From the NCBI GenBank assembly GCA_035650735.1, contig DASRGZ010000120.1, positions 1 to 64,000 on the forward strand: a stretch of 64,000 nucleotides of DNA, read 5' to 3'. How positions within the stretch are numbered: the stretch's first letter is position 1; each line of letters starts with the position of its first letter. Below are positions 1-8,904 of the stretch, piece after piece. The translations under genes and the position numbers were made by a program. This DNA is from Chthonomonadaceae bacterium (GTDB lineage: Bacteria > Armatimonadota > Chthonomonadetes > Chthonomonadales > Chthonomonadaceae). The notes under the pieces are model-generated. The model was not told the DNA's origin. It made no database searches and was given only the letters and a program-made list of their open reading frames with translations.

Positions 1-158
1 TGTTATGCCCTTTTTTGCCTGCTTCGAGAGAGGACTTGGAGGCTGATGACCGCTTGGTGCTCGCTTTCTAGCGAGCACCAAGCCTCTAATGAGCGGCTGG
101 CCTATCTCCTCAAGAGGACCCAAGTGCATCACACGCTCTAGAAAGGAGGGCAAGTACG

Positions 159-266
159 ATGGACCTACTCCATGTACTTGCTGCGGCGTATTACGCTCTT
201 GGCGCGACGTATTACGCCGTACAACTCTGGCTGCTAGTCGCCAGGCGGTCTAAAGACCGTGAGTAG
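159..266 (+). CDS. small hydrophobic peptide (35 aa), putative type I toxin
   Basis: Hand-translated MDLLHVLAAAYYALGATYYAVQLWLLVARRSKDRE*; strong SD GAAAGGAGGG at 141-150; one hydrophobic segment plus charged C-terminus; too short for the ORF track. Confidence 0.55.
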   Translation: MDLLHVLAAAYYALGATYYAVQLWLLVARRSKDRE

Positions 267-321
267 CTAGAGACTTCGGAGTCGCTCGGTACCTCGGGCG
301 GCTCCGGAGGCCTCCGCCCTT

Positions 322-330
322 AGTATACCA
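322..330 (-). promoter_or_regulatory. extended -10 element (TGgTATACT) pointing antisense into the small ORF
   Basis: Reverse complement of 322-330 reads TGGTATACT; no consensus -35 seen. Confidence 0.35.
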
Positions 331-373
331 CATTTGAGGGAAAGCCGAGTAAGACCGTCCTGCAAACGGAGAT

Positions 374-760
374 TCAGTAATTTTCATGGCCGGGATGCAT
401 GCAATGCACCTGGCCGGTCGTCGGGTCATATTGGTACGGCTCGTGGCCGACGGGGCAGGAGAGCATCTCTGACGGAAGGCGCAGTTCGCTCAGGGACGCG
501 GGATACTTCCCGTCCGGATCGGAGTCGTGCTGCATTTGCAGGCTCATGCGTATCTGAGACAGGTTGTTCTGGCACACCACATCATTAGTGCGAGTGATTG
601 GAGTGTGGACTATGTCGCCGGGCTTCTTGCCGGCGCTGCCGTGCCCCAGATAGAAGTAGGCCAGCCCGCCTCCAATCAGGACCAACAGCAGCACCACCAC
701 CAGGATTTCTACCAGCGAAAAGCCGCCGGTCTTCTTGTAGCGAGAGAATTGAAACCTCAT
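374..760 (-). CDS. prepilin-type N-terminal cleavage/methylation domain protein
   Basis: KKTGG|FSLVEILVVVLLLVLIGG type IV prepilin motif; CQNNLSQI and YPASLSEL segments; ATG at 760. Confidence 0.8.
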   Translation of the reverse strand: MRFQFSRYKKTGGFSLVEILVVVLLLVLIGGGLAYFYLGHGSAGKKPGDIVHTPITRTNDVVCQNNLSQIRMSLQMQHDSDPDGKYPASLSELRLPSEMLSCPVGHEPYQYDPTTGQVHCMHPGHENY

Positions 761-796
761 TGTTGCTCTTTCAAAGCGGCGCGGACTCGTGTTTGA

Positions 797-1007
797 CCTA
801 ACCCCCCGCCCCCCACTGCTAGGGTCGGTGCTGCGCACGCTCGCACCCCTGCAAGGGTCGGCCCTGCAACGGTTCGGGCCTCCGCCTAGCGATCCTATCC
901 GCTCGTACCTCGCTAGGGAAGGGGGGGACCCGGCTTCTGCTCTTCCCCAGAAAGGAGACCGGTCGGGTCCCTCCCTTCCCTCTTAGGGAAGGGGGCCGGG
1001 GGTTAGG
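797..1007. repeat. composite palindromic intergenic repeat (CCTAACCCCC..CCCTTCCC..GGGAAGGGG family) with nested micro-elements at 815-892
   Basis: Inverted ends CCTAACCCC / GGGGTTAGG; related copies recur across the window. Confidence 0.8.
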
Positions 1008-1511
1008 TTAGCTCTCAGCACGGACCTGGAACAGCGGCTGCCCGTATTCCACCGGTTGCCCGTCCTCCACCAGCACATCTACGATGACGCCCTCCACGTC
1101 GGCCTCAATCTCGTTAATCAGCTTCATCGCCTCGATCACGCCCACAACCTGGCCCGGTGAAACGCGCATTCCCATCCCCACCAGCGGCTTTAGATGACGG
1201 AACACGCCCACCAGCGGCGCCGTGATCCAGACCGTCGGCTCCGCTTCGGCTCCCTCGACGGTTTCGATGAGCAGTTGGCTCTCCTCAGAGCCAACGCCGG
1301 CCTCCCCCACGCCGTTCTTCTCTACCATCTCCCAGGCGGACTCAGGGGCAAAAGGCGCCAGCCTGGAGTCGGCTGCCCGCGCAGCAGAGGCGCCTTTGCG
1401 GATGGTGATCCGGACATCGCCGTTCTTAAGGGTGATTTCCCGGATGTTGGCGTTCCTGACCAGATCGGCCAGGCGTTCGACGTCGGAAGAGTGAATCATA
1501 ATCCCTTGCAT
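1008..1511 (-). CDS. accB: acetyl-CoA carboxylase biotin carboxyl carrier protein
   Basis: EAMKL biotinylation motif, [15 protein letters not shown]-terminus, downstream of efp. Confidence 0.93.
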   Translation of the reverse strand: MQGIMIHSSDVERLADLVRNANIREITLKNGDVRITIRKGASAARAADSRLAPFAPESAWEMVEKNGVGEAGVGSEESQLLIETVEGAEAEPTVWITAPLVGVFRHLKPLVGMGMRVSPGQVVGVIEAMKLINEIEADVEGVIVDVLVEDGQPVEYGQPLFQVRAES

Positions 1512-1516
1512 CCGCG

Positions 1517-2728
1517 TTAGATCTGGATCTTGTAGACGCAGTACTCCAGTAGGCGCAGTGCCCAGGTCATCAGCACGAGGGTGGCGCAGACCAGGATGAT
1601 CACCTCAATGGGCAAAGAACCCGTCACGGCGCGCGTCAGGGTGGAGGTTCCGCCAGCATTGGCGCTGAAGGACAGGTTGCCCACCACACGGTCAAACGAG
1701 TTCATGCTGTTTGCCAGCGTCACGCGCAGCGCATCGAAATTCAGGTAGACCAGCAGCGGCACCAGCAGCGTCACTATCGGCGCCAGCAGGTTGAACTTAT
1801 GCCGCTGATGTTCCTTATAGATCAGGCAGTTGCGGCACCGCTCGCGCTTCTGCCCTTCGGACATGTGCGGGTTGTGCGGGATGCGGACCCCGCGCGGGCC
1901 GGGGCGCGTTGGCGTGCTCAGGCGCTCCGTTTTGCTCGAGGTGAGCAGGTCGCCGATGGGCACAAAGCCCGCCGCGCCTCCCGACGCCGCCTTGCTTAGC
2001 TCCGTAGGGCCGTGATCCATGTTCAGCGTGATGATGTGCGGTTCGCAGACGCAGCCGACGCGCTCCTTCCAGCACTTGGTGCGGGCGTGGTAGATCGGGC
2101 AGTTCTTGCGGATACCTTCCCGACAGAAGGGCATCTGCCAGCACTTGGCGAAGGCGCCGAACAGAGGGCGGTGGATGTCATCCTGGACGCGGTTCTGGTT
2201 ATGGGCGGGCACCGTCAGGTCTTCGTCGCCGCGCCGGAACATGCGCACGCAGAGGTTCCGCAGCACCAGCAGAACGCCGGGGATGCCTATCAGAATGCCG
2301 GTCAGCCAGAGCTCGTGCAGCGTCATCTCCGAGGCGGGACCGCGCACGTACTGGCTCGCTTCCGAGGCAAAGAGCGTATCAATGCTGTATTGCAACCCGT
2401 ACGCTAGAAACGCCGAGAGCAGGAGCAGGATAAAGCCTAGCGCCGCCCCCTCATAGTAGAGGATGACGGCAGTCGCCAACAGCACGACGAGGCTGCAATT
2501 AAGCCCTAGCGAGATGTGCTGAATATTCTCCAGGATGCGCGCCTGTTCTGCCGCCTTCAGGTGCGGGACATTGACCATCTGCCCGGAGAAGAGACCATAC
2601 AGCAAGTAGCCATACAGGGCTATCGTCACCACAAGCGATAGTTGCAGTACCGTCTTGGCGTGATCCATGAACCACACCGGAATCCAGCTTTGCGCCTCCC
2701 GCGGACGTCTGCTCTGATAGGTTGCCAT
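1517..2728 (-). CDS. hypothetical multi-pass membrane protein with Cys-rich cytoplasmic segment
   Basis: Several hydrophobic helices; [34 protein letters not shown] and CRNC clusters. Confidence 0.75.
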   Translation of the reverse strand: MATYQSRRPREAQSWIPVWFMDHAKTVLQLSLVVTIALYGYLLYGLFSGQMVNVPHLKAAEQARILENIQHISLGLNCSLVVLLATAVILYYEGAALGFILLLLSAFLAYGLQYSIDTLFASEASQYVRGPASEMTLHELWLTGILIGIPGVLLVLRNLCVRMFRRGDEDLTVPAHNQNRVQDDIHRPLFGAFAKCWQMPFCREGIRKNCPIYHARTKCWKERVGCVCEPHIITLNMDHGPTELSKAASGGAAGFVPIGDLLTSSKTERLSTPTRPGPRGVRIPHNPHMSEGQKRERCRNCLIYKEHQRHKFNLLAPIVTLLVPLLVYLNFDALRVTLANSMNSFDRVVGNLSFSANAGGTSTLTRAVTGSLPIEVIILVCATLVLMTWALRLLEYCVYKIQI

Positions 2729-2852
2729 TCGAGTTCACCTGTTTCCATACATTGCAAGAAAGGCGAGATGCGCCGCTTCCGCTAAGGGAAGGCGCACCCC
2801 ACAGGGGAAGCGTCTCTGCGGTACTGCCCAGCGCGCAAGGTAACCTCCGCCG

Positions 2853-3419
2853 CTACTTTACGCGCTCCAGGTAAGTATCAGAGCGCGTGTCTACTTTAAC
2901 CTTGTCCCCGATGTTGACGAAGAACGGCACGTTGATGACGGCCCCTGTCTCCAGCCGCGCGGGCTTGGAGCCGCCGGAAGCCGTATCCCCCCGGACGCCC
3001 GGATCGGTATCCACCACTTCGAGCTCGACGAAGTTGGGCACCTCGGCGCCGAGGATCTTGCCGTTGTGTTCGAGGACTAGGACCTCCATGCCATCTTTGA
3101 GGTATTTGATGCCCTCGCCAAAAGTCGCCTTGTTGACGCCGACCTGATCGAAGGTGTTGGGATCCATCAGGTAGTACTCGTCGTCCTGATGGTAGAGGTA
3201 CTGCATGGGGTGGCGCTCCAGGATCGCCTGCTCAAACCGCTCGCCGGCGTTGAACGTCCGGTCAATGATGGCCCCGGTGCGCTGATTTTTGAGCTTGGTG
3301 CGCATCACCGCCCCGCCTTTGCCGGGCTTATGATGTTGAAACCACACGATAGTATAGATGTCGCCATCCAGCATGATGGACACGCCGTTCTTGAAGTCGG
3401 CGGTATCAATCTTGGGCAC
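2853..3419 (-). CDS. efp: elongation factor P
   Basis: KPGKGGA loop, RGDTASGGSKPARLETG; GTG at 3419 with GGAGG SD gives 188 aa. Confidence 0.97.
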   Translation of the reverse strand: MPKIDTADFKNGVSIMLDGDIYTIVWFQHHKPGKGGAVMRTKLKNQRTGAIIDRTFNAGERFEQAILERHPMQYLYHQDDEYYLMDPNTFDQVGVNKATFGEGIKYLKDGMEVLVLEHNGKILGAEVPNFVELEVVDTDPGVRGDTASGGSKPARLETGAVINVPFFVNIGDKVKVDTRSDTYLERVK

Positions 3420-3490
3420 TGCTCCAACCTCCTGCATGCGGCGCATGCCTGGGACGCCGCAATCTGTTTGGGTTCCTTTTTTCCGGGGCC

Positions 3491-3519
3491 ATTATAGCAT
3501 ATCCTAAGGCCCGACGCAA
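3491..3519 (-). promoter_or_regulatory. sigma70-type promoter for efp operon
   Basis: TTGCGT-17 bp-TATAAT with TGn extension on the minus strand. Confidence 0.6.
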
Positions 3520-3675
3520 GGAAACTCGGCCCTCTACAGGAGGTTGTCGGCTCGCTAATCGCTCCCCTTGCACCTCATAGCTTGCACCTCATAGGGAGTT
3601 AATGGATTGCTTTACTCTCATAGACGTAACTCCCACCGGTAAGGTTACATGCGAGCAGTCCAATTTTTTGCGGCT

Positions 3676-5100
3676 TCATTCGACCAGGCTGGCCTGAGGG
3701 CTGGCGTCTGCCTTCCAGCGCTGTTCCTCGGCACGACCAAAGCGCGCCGTCATCTCTACCACGAGCTGGACCAGCAGCACGACCAGCAAAATCCGTGCCG
3801 CCTGAAACGAGAGCGCGGCAAAGGACATTCGCAGCGCGCCCGGCGCTAGCTGGATCACGCGGTCGCGCGCCAGCACAAACAGCAGCAGGAACAGGTTTGC
3901 CAGCAGCGCCCAGAGCGCGGCGCGGCGGCGGTCGTCGGGGTCGGCAAGCGCGTTGAGGACGACTATCGCGGGCAGATACAGCAGACCCAGGTCCAGCCAG
4001 ACGTGATAGACGGCGAGCAGGGAAAATGCGCTCAGGCCCGCCAGCGCCCAGGTATCCAGAGCCGCAGCCTGCCCCTCTCCAGAGCGCAGCCGGTTGAGGC
4101 GCAGGGCGTAGCAGACGAAGAAGACGCTAAAGGGCAGGGCGAAAGCGGCCTCCAGCAGCCGCGCCATCATCAGCTCCCGCGCCGTCTCTGCCCCCGGATG
4201 GACGCCGTTGACCAGGCGGATCAGGTCAAAGGCCAGCACGCCGGTATGGGTCATGTAGTAACGGCGCATCCCCAGGAAGCCGGTATCGTTGATTGCGCCG
4301 ACGGCGGTCAGCCCCTTGATCGTGGCGCGGTACTCGCCCAGCATGGCGACCGGCCCATTGCCGATGAACGCTACGAGGAGCGTGAGGGCCAGGGTGATCC
4401 CGAGGCCGCAGAGGGTGGCCTGGCGCGTATCGCGGCGGATCAGATGATAAATCAGGAAGGGCAGCGAAAGGCTGGGCTTGATCAGCGCGATGGTATAGAA
4501 CAGGCCCGCAAGCCAGGTCGCCCGGACGCCCGGACGCCCGGCCCACCGCCAGGCCAGCGTCAGCCCCAGGATCACCGGGAACGAGATGCCCCCGTAGCGG
4601 GCGATGCTATAGGGCGGTGTCGAGAGAAACAGGGCCAGCAGCCAGAGTGGCAGGGCAGCGCGCGGCAGGCGTTTGCCGAACTGCTGGAACAGGGCCACGC
4701 CCAGCCCCACCAGACACGCGATATTAAAGAAGTACCAGAGCCGGTGCGAAGCCGACCAGGGCAGGGCGTAGAACGGCAGGTAGAACAGGGCAGTATGGGG
4801 CGGATAGGCGTTGGGCAGGGCGCGGTCACTCTCCGGCACGGCCACGCCCGGCCCCACCAGGCGCGTATAGTCGAGGTTCTGATAAAACGTCTTGTTCTGG
4901 AATAGCTGCTCCAGCCCCAGGTAGAGTTGGGCGTCGTCGCCTCGCCACACCTGCGCCGAGCCATAGCCATAGCGGGTCAACCCCGCCAGCGCCAGCAGCG
5001 CCACGACCCACCATATCACCCGCCAACGCGTCCAGAAGCGCGCCGTGCGCGCCTCCTGCGCTCTCTCCACAAGTAAAGAAGGAGCCTGCTCTTCTATCAT
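3676..5100 (-). CDS. GT87/DUF2029-like membrane glycosyltransferase
   Basis: NAYPPHTALFYLPF and ALIKP motifs, many TM helices; ATG 5100 chosen because the upstream extension is repeat-derived. Confidence 0.75.
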   Translation of the reverse strand: MIEEQAPSLLVERAQEARTARFWTRWRVIWWVVALLALAGLTRYGYGSAQVWRGDDAQLYLGLEQLFQNKTFYQNLDYTRLVGPGVAVPESDRALPNAYPPHTALFYLPFYALPWSASHRLWYFFNIACLVGLGVALFQQFGKRLPRAALPLWLLALFLSTPPYSIARYGGISFPVILGLTLAWRWAGRPGVRATWLAGLFYTIALIKPSLSLPFLIYHLIRRDTRQATLCGLGITLALTLLVAFIGNGPVAMLGEYRATIKGLTAVGAINDTGFLGMRRYYMTHTGVLAFDLIRLVNGVHPGAETARELMMARLLEAAFALPFSVFFVCYALRLNRLRSGEGQAAALDTWALAGLSAFSLLAVYHVWLDLGLLYLPAIVVLNALADPDDRRRAALWALLANLFLLLFVLARDRVIQLAPGALRMSFAALSFQAARILLVVLLVQLVVEMTARFGRAEEQRWKADASPQASLVE

Positions 5101-5139
5101 TCCGCCACCTTTGCCGCCCAGGGTCATTCCGTTTTTCCC

Positions 5140-5601
5140 TGCGGCCCCGCCCCCCACCCCTCCCCCAAGAACAGAGGAGGGGAGAGACCTCACCCCCAAC
5201 CCTCTCCTTCGCAAGGAGAGGGGAGAGGAGAAGCCGGGTCACTCCCTTCCCTGCGAAGGAAGGAGGACGGCTCAAAGGGGTGGGTAAGCTCGTCTGGCTT
5301 CTCTCGACGACGGGCTAAAGCCCTTCGCTGGGTGGCCTGCGGCCTAGTGACTGCTAGGGTCGGCGCTCAACGGTTCGCGCCTCCGCCTAGCGACCCCTGT
5401 GGGGACACCAAACAGCCTACCGAAGGGGGTGCCCGCGTAGGCGGGCACTAGGCCGTTAGGCTACCCAGCGAGGGAATTTATTCCCTTGTGCTAGAAGGAG
5501 CCAACGGGCATACCTACCCTTCTGAGTTGACAAGACCGAGGTCAACCCCGATGACGCCCTGCGGAGCCCACGGGCATACCTACCCTTCTAAGGGGGTTAG
5601 G
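5140..5601. repeat. nested palindromic repeat cluster (host repeat > long inverted-repeat element > 44-bp micro-element)
   Basis: Arms CCTTCGCTGGGTGGCCTGCGGCCTAGTG / CACTAGGCCGTTAGGCTACCCAGCGAGG; micro-element 5350-5393; ACGGGCATACCTACCCTTCT present twice. Confidence 0.8.
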
Positions 5602-5749
5602 TCGTAGCGCAGGTGTTTAGTTATCGGGCTGGAGGCCGTCGGCGTTTAGAGGGGCCAGGCCGTTCCAGGCTGCCGGATGTCCCTTACTTCGCGGCTGGCT
5701 GTCATTTTTCCTTTCCAATGCCGGGAAAACACGGTATAATGGCACCGCT

Positions 5750-7609
5750 ATGAACGCGCCAGCCCCGAACAAGCCGCCCAAGATCCCCTTCGACAGCCTG
5801 ACCCTGCGGGTGGTCGTTGCGGAACTGCGCCGCCAGCTTATCGGCGGACAGATTCAGGACATGCGCCAGCCCACGCCGACCGAGCTGCTGCTGGGCGTTC
5901 GCAGCCAGGGCCGCAGCTTCCTGCTCCTGCTCTCCGCCGACGCCCGACTCGCCCGCGCCCACCTGACGGCGACGCGCCGACCGAACCCGCCCACGCCGCC
6001 CAATTTCTGTATGCTCCTGCGCAAATGGATCGTAGGATATACGATCCGGGACATCCGCCAGCGAGATTTCGACCGCGTTCTGGAGATCGAGGTCGCCTCG
6101 CGGCAGGAGGGCGAGCCAACGACGGTGACGCTCATCGCGGAGTTGATGGGCAAGCATAGCAACCTGATCCTGGTCAACGCGCACGGGACGGTCCTGGACG
6201 CGGCCAAGCGCATCACCCATCGCATTAACCGCCAGCGCGAGACACTGCCCGGCCTGCCCTACCAGCCGCCCCCCGAACCGGCGGGCAAAGCGGACCCGTT
6301 CGCGCCCGATGCCCTGGAGCGCGCTCTGGAGGCGGTGCGCGCCCTCCCGGAAGTGTCAGAGAAAACGCTGGCCCGGCGTCTGCTGGAAACCTTTATGGGG
6401 ATGTCGCCGTTTCTGGCTGGGGAATTGGCGGCGCGAGCGGCGGAGTACCTAATCCCCCGGCCCCCTTCCCTACAAGGGAAGGGGGTGGCAGAGGGTTTCC
6501 CGCAAAGCAACGGAATGACGGAGAGTTCTTCTGCGGCGGGCGTTGCAGAGAGGCTGAGGGCGGCGTGGGAGGCAGTATTTGGCGCGGCGGCGCGCGAGGC
6601 GTATGCGCCGGTGCTGGTGTGGGACGAAAATGGGCAGCCGGTGGGCGCGTATCCGTTTCCCCTCCTACAATGGCCCGCAGAGGCGCAGCAGCCCGTTCCC
6701 GATCTCAACCTGGCCCTCGATACGGCCTTTACCGCCGCGCAAGAGCGCGCCGAGCTCGAGGCGGTCGCCGGGGAGCTGCGCGGCAAGATCGCCCGCGAGA
6801 TCAAGCGGCTGGAACATCAGCGGCAGTCGGTGGAGCGGACGGGACAGGAGGCGGCGCGCGCCGAGGAGTATAAGCAAAACGGAGAGCTTATTCTCGCCAA
6901 CCTCTGGCGCATCCATCCGGGCGAAACTGCCGTGACCGTGCAGGACTACTTTGACCCCGCCCTGCCCGACCGCACCATCCCCCTCGATCCCCAACTCTCC
7001 CCGCAAGAGAACGCCGAAGCCTGTTTCCGCCGCTATCGAAAAGCGCGCGACGGCCAGGAAGCGGCGCGGGAGTATGGCGCCAGAATCGAGGCGGCGCTCA
7101 GCCGACTTCAGGAAGCGCAGGCGCGGCTGGAAGCCCTGGAGACGGCGGAGGCGGCGCGAGACCTGCGCGCCGAGTTGGTGGAGAGCGGGCTGCTGCGGGA
7201 GAGCGCTGAAGAGGCGGGCGCGCGCGAAGCCCAGCTCGCCGGCCCCGACCTCCAGGGCCACAAGATACGCCGCCTCGTCACGCCGGAGGGCTATGAGATT
7301 TTTATCGGAGAGACGGCCACCGCCAACGACTTCCTGATCACCCGCCTCGCCGCGCCCAATGACATCTGGCTGCATGTCCGCGCCGCCGCCAGCGCCCACG
7401 TCCTTATCCGCACGCACGGTCGCCCCGACGCGGTTCCGCGCTCGGTGCTGGAGCAGGCCGCCCGGCTCTGCGCCCGGCACAGCAGCCAGAAACACTCCTC
7501 GCTGGTCGCCGTAGACTACACGCTCAAAAAGTACGTCCGCAAGCCGCGCGGAGCCGCGCCCGGCAGCGCCGACTACCACCACGAAACCACGCTGGAAGTC
7601 ACGCCCTAG
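5750..7609 (+). CDS. rqcH: Rqc2/NFACT family ribosome quality control protein (FbpA-like)
   Basis: FDSLTL, FCMLLRK, FDRVLE, ELMGKHSNLILV, DIWLHVR and VDYTLKKYVRKP motifs. Confidence 0.92.
   Translation: MNAPAPNKPPKIPFDSLTLRVVVAELRRQLIGGQIQDMRQPTPTELLLGVRSQGRSFLLLLSADARLARAHLTATRRPNPPTPPNFCMLLRKWIVGYTIRDIRQRDFDRVLEIEVASRQEGEPTTVTLIAELMGKHSNLILVNAHGTVLDAAKRITHRINRQRETLPGLPYQPPPEPAGKADPFAPDALERALEAVRALPEVSEKTLARRLLETFMGMSPFLAGELAARAAEYLIPRPPSLQGKGVAEGFPQSNGMTESSSAAGVAERLRAAWEAVFGAAAREAYAPVLVWDENGQPVGAYPFPLLQWPAEAQQPVPDLNLALDTAFTAAQERAELEAVAGELRGKIAREIKRLEHQRQSVERTGQEAARAEEYKQNGELILANLWRIHPGETAVTVQDYFDPALPDRTIPLDPQLSPQENAEACFRRYRKARDGQEAAREYGARIEAALSRLQEAQARLEALETAEAARDLRAELVESGLLRESAEEAGAREAQLAGPDLQGHKIRRLVTPEGYEIFIGETATANDFLITRLAAPNDIWLHVRAAASAHVLIRTHGRPDAVPRSVLEQAARLCARHSSQKHSSLVAVDYTLKKYVRKPRGAAPGSADYHHETTLEVTP
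6448..6486. repeat. palindromic repeat copy embedded in-frame in rqcH
   Basis: CCTAATCCCCCGGCCCCCTTCCCTACAAGGGAAGGGGG closely matches the reverse complement of the 973-1007 intergenic repeat. Confidence 0.75.
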
Positions 7610-8694
7610 ATGGACAGCATACGGTCGAGCGCGATGCGCGCGTCTGCGGCAATCTCCGGCTTGACCTTGATCTGGTTGCGCACTTCGCCCTTGACCAGCC
7701 CCTCCAGCGCCCACAGCAGATAGTGGGGATGGATGCGGTACATCGTCGAACACGGGCAGACGACGGGGTCCAGGCAGAAAATGGTCTTGTCCGGATGCTC
7801 ATGCGCCAGGCGGCTGACCAGGTTGATCTCGGTGCCGACGGCCCAGATCGTGCCTGCCGGAGCCTCCGCGATGGTCTTGATGATAAACTCGGTCGAGCCG
7901 TTCTTATCGGCAGCCTGCACCACATCCAGCGAGCATTCGGGATGCACGATGACGTTGACGCCGGGATATTCGGCCCGCGCCTTCTCGATCTGGCCGACAT
8001 TAAAGCGGGCATGAACCGAGCAGTGCCCCTTCCAGAGCAGCACGCGCTTGGCCCGAACCTCCTCCGGGGTCACGCCCCCGAACGGCCTGCGCGGGTCCCA
8101 GACCAGCATATCGCGCTCCGGGTCCAGGCCGAGAGCGACCGCCGTGTTGCGCCCCAGGTGCTGATCGGGGAAGAACAGCAGCTTCTCGCCCCGCTCCAGC
8201 GCCCACTGCACCACCTTGCGCGCGTTGGAGGAGGTGCAGGCTGCGCCGCCATGACGCCCGACGAACGCCTTGAGCGCCGCCGTCGAGTTGACATAGGTGA
8301 TCGGGATGACCTTAGAGACGTCGGTGGCGGTCGCCAGGTCTTCCCAGCAGGACTCGACCTGCCCGATGCTGGCCATGTCCGCCATCGAGCAGCCCGCGCT
8401 CAGGTTGGGCAGGAGGACGATCTGGTTCGCGGCGGTGAGGATGTCGGCGGACTCGGCCATGAAGTGAACGCCGCAAAAGACGATATAGGCCGCCTCCGGG
8501 TGCGCGGCGGCCAGTTGCGAGAGCTTGAGGCTATCGCCGCGAAAATCGGCCCATTTGATGATCTCGTCGCGCTGATAGTGGTGACCGAGGATGAGGAGGT
8601 CTTCGCCCAGGCAGCGGCGTGCCGTGGCGATACGCGCGTCGGTCTCCTCCGGCGTGAGCTGAACCAGCTCCTTCGGAAGGGGTTGCTGAAACAT
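7606..8694 (-). CDS. nadA: quinolinate synthase
   Basis: GHHYQ, FCGVHFMAE, GCSMAD, GHCSVH, HPEC, CPCSTM; ATG 8694 with AAGGAG SD. Confidence 0.97.
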   Translation of the reverse strand: MFQQPLPKELVQLTPEETDARIATARRCLGEDLLILGHHYQRDEIIKWADFRGDSLKLSQLAAAHPEAAYIVFCGVHFMAESADILTAANQIVLLPNLSAGCSMADMASIGQVESCWEDLATATDVSKVIPITYVNSTAALKAFVGRHGGAACTSSNARKVVQWALERGEKLLFFPDQHLGRNTAVALGLDPERDMLVWDPRRPFGGVTPEEVRAKRVLLWKGHCSVHARFNVGQIEKARAEYPGVNVIVHPECSLDVVQAADKNGSTEFIIKTIAEAPAGTIWAVGTEINLVSRLAHEHPDKTIFCLDPVVCPCSTMYRIHPHYLLWALEGLVKGEVRNQIKVKPEIAADARIALDRMLSI

Positions 8695-8704
8695 GGATTC
8701 TGAA

Positions 8705-8790
8705 CTCCTTTGGGCGCGCAGTTGGCGGCAGGCTGCCGGAACTCTAATCCGGCCAACCTCTCCAACGGGGATGTTGACATCGCCCAGAAC
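8705..8790 (-). ncRNA. candidate NAD+-I (nadA motif) riboswitch aptamer
   Basis: UGGGCG..CAACAUCCCC-GUUGG..GCCGGA-loop-UCCGGC-AGC..CCAAC-UG..CGCCCA directly 5' of the nadA SD; resembles the NAD+-I domain as recalled from the literature. Confidence 0.65.
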
Positions 8791-8904
8791 GTGGGTTTTG
8801 GGAAAGCTTCGCCTCCAAAGGCGCATGTCGCCTTTGTTCCAATTCTTACTCTATACTACGATGCGGCCCGGTTAAAAGTGGCGCGAACGCCCGTTTCGCT
8901 CACA

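Noticed and set aside
5497..5590. 20-bp direct repeat with a spacer, possible mini-CRISPR
   Set aside because: It is the duplicated right arm of an inverted-repeat element; only two copies
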